DNA of 64,000 nt, from IMG/VR virus record IMGVR_UViG_3300024999_000066, positions 25,920 through 89,919 of that record. One strand, written 5' to 3'. This document shows positions 54,416 through 63,140 of the stretch, piece after piece (the first letter of the stretch is position 1; every line of letters starts with the position of its first letter). Under the pieces are notes generated by a model. The model saw only the letters and a list, made by a program, of their open reading frames with translations. It ran no database searches and was not told where the DNA came from. Both the position numbers and the translations under genes were made by a program. This stretch comes from a virus.

Positions 54416-54811
54416 ATGACTCGTATCAATGTTATCGCCCCATCTGAATTGCACAATAAACACCTTCTAGGTGAGCTGCATGAGATAACCCGTGTTTTTG
54501 GTCTTGTGCGTAAAGCTCAAGATAGGAAAATTAACAAATACAATTTCAAAGATAAGATTAAGCAAACATCAGCTTACACAATGGGCACAGGGCATGTCGT
54601 TTGGTTTTATGATAAGCTTGACTTCATCACTAAGAGGTATTATTCTTTGTGTAATGAAGCTGTAAGTCGTGGTTATAAAGTAAGTACTATTGACAGAGAC
54701 AGTCTGATTGAAGGAATCAACAGCTGGTGGTTTGGAGATTACATTCCTACACAAGAAGCTATTGAAATTAATCGTCAGCGTATTAATGAACGTTTGGGAG
54801 AGATGAAATGA
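54416..54811 (+). CDS. denV: pyrimidine dimer DNA glycosylase (T4 endonuclease V family)
   Basis: MTRIN..EL..KHL.GE..EI.RVF; YTMGTGHV.WFYDKL. Confidence 0.92.
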   Translation: MTRINVIAPSELHNKHLLGELHEITRVFGLVRKAQDRKINKYNFKDKIKQTSAYTMGTGHVVWFYDKLDFITKRYYSLCNEAVSRGYKVSTIDRDSLIEGINSWWFGDYIPTQEAIEINRQRINERLGEMK

Positions 54812-55281
54812 CTCAGATTAAAGATGGTGACGTGTTTAAGTGGAAGTACAAAGACGATGCAGCCTATCGTGCCAAGTGTCCGAATGGAACAGCTTACTGG
54901 TGTATGGATAACCAATGCTTTGCTACAGTTCGTGATGGTGTGACATATCTCATTGACACCTATTGGGCTCACTACGGCTGTGAGTATATTGGCAACGAAG
55001 TTAAGATTATAGATGTTGAACGTGTTGATCTTGAATTCATCTGTAATCTAAACCAGATTGAATGGATTAGTGAATACTACATTCAAGACTATGACAAGGT
55101 GTACAACCTTAGTCGTCAGAGTCGTTGCTATAAACATTATGCAATTGATAAAGGTGCACAGCCTAGTAAGGAAGCTATTCTTAAGAAGATCACTGCTGAA
55201 CGGGATCAATTGGTAAGAGATGTTGATCACAGCCAATGGCGAATTAAGATGTTGAATGAACAGATTGAGGGGTTGAAATGA
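54808..55281 (+). CDS. hypothetical protein
   Basis: 157 aa, ATGA overlap. Confidence 0.65.
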   Translation: MTQIKDGDVFKWKYKDDAAYRAKCPNGTAYWCMDNQCFATVRDGVTYLIDTYWAHYGCEYIGNEVKIIDVERVDLEFICNLNQIEWISEYYIQDYDKVYNLSRQSRCYKHYAIDKGAQPSKEAILKKITAERDQLVRDVDHSQWRIKMLNEQIEGLK

Positions 55282-55481
55282 AAGACTACCTAGGCCCAAA
55301 TGAGATTCCACTGGTTGACCCTGAATTTACACGGGAAGAGCAGTGGAATAATGCTATTCGAAGGTATGGCGTAAAGAATGCTCATATCTGGTTTGGTGTA
55401 GAAGATTTGAGTGAGATGCAATTGACAAGGAATGTTTTACTTGAACGATCAGGAATCACTGTAGGGGAGAATGGAGAATGA
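55278..55481 (+). CDS. hypothetical protein
   Basis: ATGA overlap. Confidence 0.55.
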   Translation: MKDYLGPNEIPLVDPEFTREEQWNNAIRRYGVKNAHIWFGVEDLSEMQLTRNVLLERSGITVGENGE

Positions 55482-55657
55482 ACGTACGACTTAAAACAAC
55501 ACTCACAGCCAACCAATATGCAAGTGCAATCAGTGCAGGACTTAGCCTCAGCTCAGTTTACCAAGTTGAGTATGAGAAAGTTATGGATGGGCATTTGTGC
55601 TATAAATTGGTTGGTGGGTATATCTATTTGGCAGATTATTTTGAGGAAGTGAAATGA
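55478..55657 (+). CDS. small hypothetical protein (59 aa, not in ORF track)
   Basis: ATGA overlaps at both ends. Confidence 0.5.
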   Translation: MNVRLKTTLTANQYASAISAGLSLSSVYQVEYEKVMDGHLCYKLVGGYIYLADYFEEVK

Positions 55658-55830
55658 AACTATTCTCGAAATGCGAAGGCACAAACTGCCCAGTATCATC
55701 CACATGTTTCAGATACACTGTGCCACCAGCCCCTAAGAATCAACCTTGGTTATGCATGATCGTAGCTTGTAAAGATTTGAATGAGAATGGGTGTAAATTT
55801 TATATTGAGAATGAGGAGAAAAGTAAATGA
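55654..55830 (+). CDS. small Cys-rich protein (58 aa, not in ORF track)
   Basis: KCEGTNCP..TCFRY..C; ATGA overlaps. Confidence 0.55.
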   Translation: MKLFSKCEGTNCPVSSTCFRYTVPPAPKNQPWLCMIVACKDLNENGCKFYIENEEKSK

Positions 55831-56048
55831 AAGGCACTCAGACAGAAGTTTCAACGGATTGTAGATCAGAAGAGGGTATAACTGTTGGATTAGTTGACTC
55901 TCTAATTTCTATTTGTAGGGTGTTAGCTAAGCGCAATCTTGAAGGGTTTAACGTAGGTTGGGCTCTTTGTGATTTAATCTCTGATGAGGATTTTAATACT
56001 ATCCTAGCTAAAGGTAAGTCTGTTACCATGGAGACTCAGAATGAATGA
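55827..56048 (+). CDS. hypothetical protein
   Basis: GAGGAG RBS. Confidence 0.55.
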   Translation: MKGTQTEVSTDCRSEEGITVGLVDSLISICRVLAKRNLEGFNVGWALCDLISDEDFNTILAKGKSVTMETQNE

Positions 56049-56259
56049 TTACGATGTTTCCTTGGACATAGCAGCCTCGGATATACGCACAGAGCTGTCA
56101 AGAAAAATTCAAGAAGTGGTTAATAGTAATCAAGAATCTTTCATTGCACATTGGATTAAACAACACCCTGATACAGACTTCTCTACGATTAGACTGTGTC
56201 ATAGCTTTAGGGGAAATTATTACCAGTTTTGGATTGAGGAGAAAGATAATGCTTCCTAA
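56041..56259 (+). CDS. hypothetical protein
   Basis: GGAG RBS. Confidence 0.55.
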   Translation: MNDYDVSLDIAASDIRTELSRKIQEVVNSNQESFIAHWIKQHPDTDFSTIRLCHSFRGNYYQFWIEEKDNAS

Positions 56260-56455
56260 CCTACCACTAGATGTAAATAATAAACAAATACGTGTAGGAG
56301 ACACCGTTGTCTTTGGTGCCGATAATAGTTCTTATCTTCATGTAGGAAAGGTGTACAAAATCACACCTTGTTTCGTCTGGATGAAGCTTGCTTATCCGTT
56401 TGATCACGGTAGTTTTCGTAGAGATTTTAGGCGAGTTGCCATCATTTCTCCTTGA
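56249..56455 (+). CDS. small SH3/KOW-like protein
   Basis: DVNNKQIRVGDTVVF..GKVYKIT; start at 56249 after GAGGAG. Confidence 0.55.
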   Translation: MLPNLPLDVNNKQIRVGDTVVFGADNSSYLHVGKVYKITPCFVWMKLAYPFDHGSFRRDFRRVAIISP

Positions 56456-56480
56456 CATCCATTCCACAATCATCCACAAT
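56452..56480 (+). promoter_or_regulatory. sigma70-like promoter
   Basis: TTGACA-17-CACAAT followed by an AC-rich leader. Confidence 0.55.
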
Positions 56481-56517
56481 ACAAACACAGAAAGACAATA
56501 TTTATGAGGAGAATGTT

Positions 56518-56913
56518 ATGAAAATCACAACACGAACAGAACAAGTCATTACAGTACGTGATTGGGACACTTTGGTAGAAACCACATATGGTCGTCCCTA
56601 CAGCTTTCAGCAACAAGATGGCTGTAAAGAACGGCAACGTGTTAAGATCGCAATTCCTGATTATGCTGAAGATTATGATAACCACGAAGTTCCTGAAGAA
56701 GTAAATCACGAAGAAATGGGTGTTAGTTTCAAAGCTTGGCTTGAACGTGACCCTAAGCAACCGCTTAATTCACCTGATGAGTGGGACCGTAAGAATGGTC
56801 TTAGTATGTGGTGGGAGCGTAATTTCTATCCAGCTGTAGAAATGATTGCAAATGATCTACATGCAAAAGGGTTGATTGAAGCTGGTACATACACAATTGA
56901 TATCGATTGGTAA
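56518..56913 (+). CDS. hypothetical protein
   Basis: ATG at 56518 after GAGGAG. Confidence 0.7.
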   Translation: MKITTRTEQVITVRDWDTLVETTYGRPYSFQQQDGCKERQRVKIAIPDYAEDYDNHEVPEEVNHEEMGVSFKAWLERDPKQPLNSPDEWDRKNGLSMWWERNFYPAVEMIANDLHAKGLIEAGTYTIDIDW

Positions 56914-56925
56914 AGGAGAAAAATA

Positions 56926-57144
56926 ATGTCAGCACCAAAGAAGAAAGTCTCAGTATCCAAACGCCCATCTGCTGAACAGATTCAGGATAGCTTGAAGTGG
57001 GCAGCCTTTGTAGCAGCCAGTCAGGTTGAATGGGATGAGTTGTCAGAATCTTACAAAGACTTCTTTGAAGTGATTGGGAATACCAAATCTTCTAGTGAAG
57101 AAATTAATCAAGCTATCGTCAAAGCAATGGGAGAGAATAAATGA
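56926..57144 (+). CDS. hypothetical protein
   Basis: AAGGAG RBS. Confidence 0.6.
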   Translation: MSAPKKKVSVSKRPSAEQIQDSLKWAAFVAASQVEWDELSESYKDFFEVIGNTKSSSEEINQAIVKAMGENK

Positions 57145-57341
57145 ATATTGATCTTGGTTATTTGGGTAAAGTAGTTCTGGAAGAAATTGAAATCCCTATC
57201 ATGCCTGTGTTCACAAGTTTTACAGTTATATTAGATGGTTACACCGAATCAGGTATTCGTGTTCATGGCGTGCTTGATAACAGAGAATCTGCATTCTATC
57301 CATGTGTCTGGCAAAATGCTATTTTGATTAAGGTGAATTGA
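57141..57341 (+). CDS. hypothetical protein
   Basis: ATGA overlap. Confidence 0.5.
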   Translation: MNIDLGYLGKVVLEEIEIPIMPVFTSFTVILDGYTESGIRVHGVLDNRESAFYPCVWQNAILIKVN

Positions 57342-57342
57342 G

Positions 57343-57576
57343 ATGAACCTACAAGAGCTTAAACAGAACATCCGAGTAGAGACAGATATGAGTGATATCT
57401 ACTCCAAGATCAAACGTTATGCACAAGGTGGTGTAAAAGAAGTTTATTTCAACCACCGTGGAAATGAAGAGGAGGATGAAATCTCTGATGTACAGGTATC
57501 GATTCTTCGTGAAGCTGGTTATACAGTTGAATGGAATCGTCCATGTCTTTGGTATGAAGTGAGTGGATGGCAATGA
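57343..57576 (+). CDS. hypothetical protein
   Basis: LREAGYTV..YEVSGW. Confidence 0.6.
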   Translation: MNLQELKQNIRVETDMSDIYSKIKRYAQGGVKEVYFNHRGNEEEDEISDVQVSILREAGYTVEWNRPCLWYEVSGWQ

Positions 57577-57728
57577 CTGTTAAAGAACTGAAAGAGTTCC
57601 TATAGAACCTACCAGATGATGCAGAATGCCTCTCTTACGAAAGCCACTGTACTTACACTGGTAAAATCTATTGGGAAGAGCTTACAGTAAGCTATCGCGA
57701 AGACACTAAAGAGGTTAAATTCTCATGA
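57573..57728 (+). pseudogene. small gene with an in-frame amber codon
   Basis: MTVKELKEFL*NLPDDAE..; TAG at 57603; ATGA overlaps at both ends. Confidence 0.6.
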
Positions 57729-57873
57729 TCACTTACACTATCAGCATCAATAACATCACACAAGGCTCCATCCAAGCCAATTCTCGCAAGGAGGCTGTTA
57801 TCCTTGCTCAAGCATTCAAGACACATTGTATGCAGAGAATTCATGTAGAAAAACCACAGAATTAGGTGACGTG

Positions 57874-58077
57874 ATGAACGAGTTAACTGAGTTGCTAGAA
57901 CGTCTTAGAGCATGCGAATTGGCCTATAAAACGGCTAAAACATCGCTTGATGGAAGCACCGCACTAATTACTGCTAAACAAGAGTTGAAAGAAGCACGCT
58001 TTAGTTGGCTTAAGGAATGTGAATCACATATTCTTGAGCATGTTCTTAAAGAGAATCCTGAAAATGTATACGAGTGA
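57874..58077 (+). CDS. hypothetical protein
   Basis: AGGTG RBS. Confidence 0.5.
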   Translation: MNELTELLERLRACELAYKTAKTSLDGSTALITAKQELKEARFSWLKECESHILEHVLKENPENVYE

Positions 58078-58246
58078 AGTCATGTACGAATGTTGGGGTT
58101 GGATAGGGACAGATTGGGTAAGAGGATTTGAAATTGGTTTGGATGCTGAAAAACAATTGTATGTGTTCTTTGTGAATGATAATGTAAGACAAAGATATTA
58201 TTTAAAAGAGAGTGAACTAAATTATTCCAAGGAGAAACCCGAATGA
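58064..58246 (+). CDS. hypothetical protein
   Basis: Overlapping chain of small ORFs. Confidence 0.45.
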   Translation: MYTSEVMYECWGWIGTDWVRGFEIGLDAEKQLYVFFVNDNVRQRYYLKESELNYSKEKPE

Positions 58247-58533
58247 ACGAAGAAACAGAAGAAAACAAAACCCTTATCCAAACCTACGTGTTCTTTTCAA
58301 GTGAAACACAGGAAGATAAGGCATTTTTCGTGTCTACAATCGATAGACAAAGCTCATCCATGTACGGAGGCCGGTACGCTGAAACAATCGTTTGGGAATG
58401 GGATTCTGTCGACAGAAAGCGTGGTGATATCGTACATATGGACTCGGGCATGCAAGGATCTATTCGTATTCATCAAATCGTATGTGAGGAACTATATAAA
58501 CACGGTAAAATCCTGACTGCCGAGGACGAATAA
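58243..58533 (+). CDS. hypothetical protein
   Basis: FFVSTIDR..YAETIVWEWD; AAGGAG RBS. Confidence 0.65.
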   Translation: MNEETEENKTLIQTYVFFSSETQEDKAFFVSTIDRQSSSMYGGRYAETIVWEWDSVDRKRGDIVHMDSGMQGSIRIHQIVCEELYKHGKILTAEDE

Positions 58534-58809
58534 ATGAACGCTAAATTCTCAGAAGGAGAAGTTGTAATCCTCCAAAGTGTCCACTACCCAGAAGAGAATG
58601 GTGAGACAACTGTTATCAGTATGAGATTTAAAGAAAATCCTGTAAACACCGTAACTTTTGAAGTGATGGACAGTGGTTGGACATACACCCTTGAGGGTAA
58701 AACTGGAGATTGGCATGAGTGTGCAATTCGTAAACGGCAGTAGCCTGGAACGCTTACATATGATCAGCTCATGCAAACCCTACGCTCTCCAATCTATGAA
58801 GTGAATTAG
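58534..58809 (+). CDS. hypothetical protein, ORF to 58743 with a likely amber-interrupted extension to 58809
   Basis: KFSEGEVVILQS..AIRKRQ*PGTLTYDQLMQTL. Confidence 0.55.
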
Positions 58810-58818
58810 GCCATAGCC

Positions 58819-59007
58819 ATGAAATTCCTAAAAGATTTCCTTACAATTTTCTCTATTCTCTTCTGTACAATTCTCATCATTGGCTGTATGTTCATCTTGT
58901 TAAAAGCAATCTTTGGAAATGTAGCAACATTTATTTCAGCGATTGTGCTTGTGTTTATTGTTTCGATGATTTATGCTTGTGTTAGCTACATTAATAGGAA
59001 TTATTAG
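58819..59007 (+). CDS. small two-TM membrane protein
   Basis: Highly hydrophobic 62 aa. Confidence 0.55.
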   Translation: MKFLKDFLTIFSILFCTILIIGCMFILLKAIFGNVATFISAIVLVFIVSMIYACVSYINRNY

Positions 59008-59016
59008 GAGAAGATT

Positions 59017-59244
59017 ATGGCTTTTACAATAGAAAAGATCCTTCGTGTGTTTGATGAAGAGAATGCTGTCTACCTAGAGATTCGTCAGAACCCTGACTTT
59101 CCAGAAGATGGGATTGAAATTCATACAAATAACAATAAAGATAATGAAGAGTGGTATGGTAAGATTTCTTTGCCTATCAATTCAAAAGAGCATGCAAAAG
59201 CTCTTGCAAATGCAATTCTTGAAATGGCTGAGATGATAAAATGA
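59017..59244 (+). CDS. hypothetical protein
   Basis: AGGAG RBS. Confidence 0.6.
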   Translation: MAFTIEKILRVFDEENAVYLEIRQNPDFPEDGIEIHTNNNKDNEEWYGKISLPINSKEHAKALANAILEMAEMIK

Positions 59245-59495
59245 CAAACCCTCTAGAAATCCTAAAGACTCAGCTAGAGAAATCTTTGGATGAGACAAGC
59301 GAGACAGAAGATTTCAAAGAAAGTTTGCGAGATGCTATCAATGCATGCAATCTGAATAGTGTTGCTGCTTTGGAGCAGTGGCTAAATCCTTGGACTTATG
59401 GTTATACACTGATCACTGAAGAAGGCGACATACAGTATTATAACGGTGTACAATTCGTAGAAGAAAAGTGGCATGCCATCACTGGGATGTTTTAA
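59241..59495 (+). CDS. hypothetical protein
   Basis: ATGA overlap. Confidence 0.55.
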   Translation: MTNPLEILKTQLEKSLDETSETEDFKESLRDAINACNLNSVAALEQWLNPWTYGYTLITEEGDIQYYNGVQFVEEKWHAITGMF

Positions 59496-59521
59496 TAGAT
59501 AGGATAATGGGAGAGAAGGCT

Positions 59522-59707
59522 ATGAGTAGTAATAAGCCAAAAAGAGTAGTCGCAAAAATTACACGAACTGTCACGGAGTGGGCAGTTGTAGTTCTTGATA
59601 GGAACGGCTGCGTTGATGAGTTCGAAGAAACCATCGAAGAGCTTGAACATCACGAAGTCCTAGAAATTCACAGCATCAGAGACGTTAGGAGTACCCATGA
59701 CCAATAA
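59522..59707 (+). CDS. hypothetical protein
   Basis: GGAGAG RBS before ATG at 59522. Confidence 0.5.
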   Translation: MSSNKPKRVVAKITRTVTEWAVVVLDRNGCVDEFEETIEELEHHEVLEIHSIRDVRSTHDQ

Positions 59708-59861
59708 CCCAACGATTGGCACGGGCGAACCTCTGAAATTCTACGAGGCTTTCCAGTGTCCAGAGTGCGAGACCGGAACACTCAAAGAACAAGGCTACGC
59801 ATGGCACTGCGATAGCTGTTACTTCATTGCCCCAGAACAGGATGGCGACCTTGATGAATAA
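59697..59861 (+). CDS. small Zn-ribbon protein (54 aa, not in ORF track)
   Basis: AGGAG RBS; CPEC..WHCDSC. Confidence 0.55.
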   Translation: MTNNPTIGTGEPLKFYEAFQCPECETGTLKEQGYAWHCDSCYFIAPEQDGDLDE

Positions 59862-60318
59862 CCCAACTATTGACGGCGTGTCGCGGGAGTTGTCGATCCC
59901 GATCAAGATCACCGCTCAGCATGCCGAAGACCTCCTTCGGTTTTTCGACACCTGCGAGGACGATCAAGGTTACGACGTACCCAAGCCTCGTATGAAATCT
60001 CTGGCTCGCGTTGGCTTGATCCGATCGACCGGTTTTTCTCGTTACGAAATAACGGATCTCGGTTACTCAGCTGTCGAAAAGCTCTGCGAGCCAGCCGATG
60101 CGCCAGCGGTCGAGCGGCAAGAGTTGAAACCAGTGGTCAGGGTTTGTGGTGCCGGCTACGACGCCGAGCGCAATACCGTATGGATGGAAACCGGTGTTGT
60201 GGAAATGCCGATCATGCGCAAGGTTGAAGTAGGTGAAGAGTTGGTATTCATCTCAGAAGCGCAATCCACCATCGCCCGCCTCGAAGCGCGGATAGCAGAG
60301 CTGGAGAGTAAAAATTAA
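59854..60318 (+). CDS. GC-rich mosaic hypothetical protein
   Basis: MNNPTIDGVSREL..DAPAVERQE..IARLEARIAELE. Confidence 0.6.
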   Translation: MNNPTIDGVSRELSIPIKITAQHAEDLLRFFDTCEDDQGYDVPKPRMKSLARVGLIRSTGFSRYEITDLGYSAVEKLCEPADAPAVERQELKPVVRVCGAGYDAERNTVWMETGVVEMPIMRKVEVGEELVFISEAQSTIARLEARIAELESKN

Positions 60319-60351
60319 AAATAAAAGTTCAAAATAATTTTCAAATCCTCC

Positions 60352-60379
60352 TTGCAATCCGCTGCGCTTGAGATAAGCT
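60352..60379 (+). promoter_or_regulatory. early sigma70-like promoter with AT-rich UP region
   Basis: TTGCAA-16-TAAGCT; AC-rich leader. Confidence 0.5.
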
Positions 60380-60442
60380 TGTAAACAGAGGGAGACAAAT
60401 CTGCTTAACAAACGACACACAACACAACGGAGCACACATAAA

Positions 60443-60703
60443 ATGAACGCTATCACTAACAACATCAACTTAAACGTTCTGCAAATTAAGCAAGCTATCG
60501 AATCCTTTCCTCACAGTGAAGCTCGTAGCGATTGCCTGTCAGCATTGGCTCATAGCAAAGATGCTTTGGTGAGACACCTTGACCAACACCTTTGGGTGCC
60601 TGACAGCTACCAGTTTGATAACGACGAAGACAAGAAATATTACCAAGATTGTGGGCAGATTGAAGAAAAATTGGTAAGCGAATCATTGATTTATGCTGAT
60701 TGA
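60443..60703 (+). CDS. hypothetical protein
   Basis: GGAG RBS. Confidence 0.6.
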   Translation: MNAITNNINLNVLQIKQAIESFPHSEARSDCLSALAHSKDALVRHLDQHLWVPDSYQFDNDEDKKYYQDCGQIEEKLVSESLIYAD

Positions 60704-60736
60704 GAAATTATTTGAAAAATATTGTGTGATGAGGGG

Positions 60737-60765
60737 TTGACAGCCATGAGCTAATACCTTAGTAT
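60737..60765 (+). promoter_or_regulatory. early sigma70-like promoter
   Basis: TTGACA-17-TAGTAT. Confidence 0.65.
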
Positions 60766-60890
60766 TAATCACACAAGAAGAGGACAACAGACATGAGTCC
60801 TCTCCTCCGAAGTGGAAATATGTAGAGAGAAAGGGAATGCAATCGTGTGTTCCCCATCCTTAAAGCCTAAGTCCTATAGGGGTAAATATC

Positions 60891-61094
60891 ATGGCTAATC
60901 AAGTGAAAATGGTCAAAGGTGAGTTCAGTCCTATCAGCGGAAACTCTACACGGCGAGTGTTCGATGTTGCTGGGAACTTCAAAGGGTTGATCATCAAGTC
61001 AAAACAGGGGTACATGGTTCAACGTGTTGATGGGAAACATCGCATGAAAAAGACTCTGCAAGAAGCCTTTCGTAGTATCGCTAGGCAAAATTGA
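60891..61094 (+). CDS. small basic protein
   Basis: 67 aa, Lys/Arg-rich. Confidence 0.6.
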   Translation: MANQVKMVKGEFSPISGNSTRRVFDVAGNFKGLIIKSKQGYMVQRVDGKHRMKKTLQEAFRSIARQN

Positions 61095-61102
61095 TGTACA
61101 CC

Positions 61103-61129
61103 AAAGCCTCTCTAACCAAGAGGCTTTTT
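61103..61129 (+). terminator. intrinsic terminator
   Basis: AAAGCCTCT...AGAGGCTTTTT. Confidence 0.75.
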
Positions 61130-61163
61130 ATTTGCCTGTAAGAAAATAATTTAAGAAATGTGG

Positions 61164-61192
61164 TTGACAGGGTGTCCCCTGAGCTATAGAAT
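61164..61192 (+). promoter_or_regulatory. early sigma70-like promoter
   Basis: TTGACA-17-TAGAAT with AAAATAATTT upstream. Confidence 0.75.
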
Positions 61193-61231
61193 TCAAGACA
61201 TCAAAGACAAACATACACAAGGAAACACATC

Positions 61232-61408
61232 ATGACCAACTTCAAATTCTACGTTCAATCTAAGATAGGCACAGTCAAGGGTAAAGACGGTTTGAGCTAT
61301 GATACTTGGAGTTTCGATGCTAAAGATCAAGCACATGCTGATAAGAAAATGCAAGACTTGATTTGTAAAGAAGGTCTTGATCCAAGCCATGTTAAGAAGG
61401 AAGTATAA
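61232..61408 (+). CDS. small hypothetical protein (58 aa, not in ORF track)
   Basis: AAGGA RBS, first ORF after the promoter. Confidence 0.6.
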   Translation: MTNFKFYVQSKIGTVKGKDGLSYDTWSFDAKDQAHADKKMQDLICKEGLDPSHVKKEV

Positions 61409-61603
61409 ATGACACGTAGAGCAATCAAACTTGTAGGCACAGATATCATCCTAGAACTATCCAAAGTCACAGCAGTACGAACTAAACAACGTATGCTGCA
61501 CCTTGACGAATTACCAGACGGCACTTGGCGGCTAATCTACAACGGTGAGCACATTCCAGATTTCACTAAAATTGAGTGCTTTAAGATTGTGAGGGAAGAT
61601 TAA
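61409..61603 (+). CDS. hypothetical protein
   Basis: Abuts the previous stop. Confidence 0.6.
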   Translation: MTRRAIKLVGTDIILELSKVTAVRTKQRMLHLDELPDGTWRLIYNGEHIPDFTKIECFKIVRED

Positions 61604-61887
61604 TGAGCGAACAGAAGATGATTCCATGGGATGTTGTCACTGAAATCCTTAACAAGTTTCAAGCCAATAATCCCGGACTGGCATCACAACGTGTTAATAA
61701 ATATATCAACGATGAGATTTATGAATGGTTCAATGAAAACCAAGTGCCACATCTTGGCTCCTCAGAAGAAAACCACCTGCTGAACTTGGCTGAAGAAGCC
61801 GGTGGTGGGCGTATCCATGAAAATATTGTACAAATGACTAAAGAAGATCTTGAAAGGTTTATTTACCTGTATGGTGAAGGGTATTGA
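61603..61887 (+). CDS. hypothetical protein
   Basis: TAATG coupling. Confidence 0.6.
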   Translation: MSEQKMIPWDVVTEILNKFQANNPGLASQRVNKYINDEIYEWFNENQVPHLGSSEENHLLNLAEEAGGGRIHENIVQMTKEDLERFIYLYGEGY

Positions 61888-61890
61888 GGT

Positions 61891-62052
61891 ATGAAAAACT
61901 CAGAGAAGCGCAGCCAAGCTCTAGCCATCCGTTGTTACAGACTCCGTGAGCAAGGACTGTCTATGTCAGAAATTGCTGAAATGACTGGTGTTGATCGTGA
62001 AAAGGTGTATAGTCGTATTATTCTTGGAGAACGCTTGGAGAGTTTGAAATGA
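61891..62052 (+). CDS. small HTH protein (sigma region 4-like, 53 aa, not in ORF track)
   Basis: LREQGLSMSEIAEMTGVDREKVYSRI. Confidence 0.6.
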   Translation: MKNSEKRSQALAIRCYRLREQGLSMSEIAEMTGVDREKVYSRIILGERLESLK

Positions 62053-62261
62053 CACGTAAAACTATTCAAATCTGTGTGACAGGCGTTGAGAACACACAAC
62101 AAAAACAATCAGATTTTATCCTAACAGCTCTTTGCAATGATGGTACTATCTGGAATCGTTTTGGTCATCAGAGTAATTGGTTGAAGGTTGAGCCTATTCC
62201 ACAAGATCTTCGTAGAGAACCTTACCCAGATCCACCACCCACAACGGAGAGAACTAAATGA
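62049..62261 (+). CDS. hypothetical protein
   Basis: LTALCNDGTIW..W..VEPIP. Confidence 0.6.
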   Translation: MTRKTIQICVTGVENTQQKQSDFILTALCNDGTIWNRFGHQSNWLKVEPIPQDLRREPYPDPPPTTERTK

Positions 62262-62569
62262 TTAATTGGACCCGCTGTACAGATGCTATGCCAGACACTG
62301 TAGGTGAATATCTAGTGTGTTATGAAATACTAGGTCATCAGCATATCTCGATTGCCTATATTAATGATGATGTCTTTGAGGTGTTTGATATTCAAGGAGA
62401 TCACTATGAGCTACAAGAGCCTACACATTGGTCAGAACTTAACAAACCACTTGGAGTTGTGACATGCACAAACAATATACAGTGGGAAATATACAGCAGC
62501 TACAAGAGTCCCTTAGAGAACGTGTATTTCTTAACCAATCACGACAAGTATTTGAAGAGCTTTTGCTGA
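62258..62569 (+). CDS. DUF551-like protein
   Basis: WTRCTDAMP..YLV..THWSEL..P. Confidence 0.6.
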   Translation: MINWTRCTDAMPDTVGEYLVCYEILGHQHISIAYINDDVFEVFDIQGDHYELQEPTHWSELNKPLGVVTCTNNIQWEIYSSYKSPLENVYFLTNHDKYLKSFC

Positions 62570-62694
62570 CACGTTGGGAATATATTCAAGATCCAGACTT
62601 TGAAATCAATGCAGACACTGGTGAATACGAAGATGAGCTTGTCCATATGGCTTGGATAGGTTATTATTTAGCTTGGAATAAATGGAGTAAATAA
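62464..62694 (+). CDS. hypothetical protein
   Basis: GEYED..VHMAWIGY. Confidence 0.55.
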   Translation: MHKQYTVGNIQQLQESLRERVFLNQSRQVFEELLLTRWEYIQDPDFEINADTGEYEDELVHMAWIGYYLAWNKWSK

Positions 62695-62696
62695 AT

Positions 62697-62894
62697 ATGA
62701 ACAAAGAACAAATGGAACACCTGCAAAACCTTGTACGTGTACTAGAATCCTGTGAAGACGTGGGGTTGACATTCTCCTACGCCTCCCTCTTGATTAATAT
62801 AGAGAATGAGCAAAGCCAATACTTGGAGCATTTATCTGCGGAAAAACTTTCCGAGCTATTAAATTTTATTGATGGTTGTGGGGATATTAATTAA
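62697..62894 (+). CDS. hypothetical protein
   Basis: GGAG RBS. Confidence 0.5.
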   Translation: MNKEQMEHLQNLVRVLESCEDVGLTFSYASLLINIENEQSQYLEHLSAEKLSELLNFIDGCGDIN

Positions 62895-63121
62895 TGAAAG
62901 GTTGCTTTGAAAACATTGATGCTGCTGTAGACTATATCAAATATATGTCTTTTGATGAACCAAATATAAAAGTAAAACTTTACCGAGAAGCTGGCTGCTG
63001 GTACGTTAAAGGCTACGGTGGTACTGTTTGCAACGAGCCACCTGTTGGTTGGTATTGCACTAGACTTATAGGTCACGAAGGCCCATGTGCAGCTAATCCT
63101 TTACTATGCAGTTTACAGTGA
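62894..63121 (+). CDS. hypothetical protein with C-terminal Cys/His motif
   Basis: CNEPP.GWYCTR..GHEGPCAA. Confidence 0.55.
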   Translation: MKGCFENIDAAVDYIKYMSFDEPNIKVKLYREAGCWYVKGYGGTVCNEPPVGWYCTRLIGHEGPCAANPLLCSLQ

Positions 63122-63140
63122 AATTAATCGAAAATAATCG

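Noticed and set aside
56463-56481. Tandem TCCACAAT repeat as an origin/DnaA-box-like signal
   Set aside because: Only two copies, explained by the promoter spacer and -10 region.
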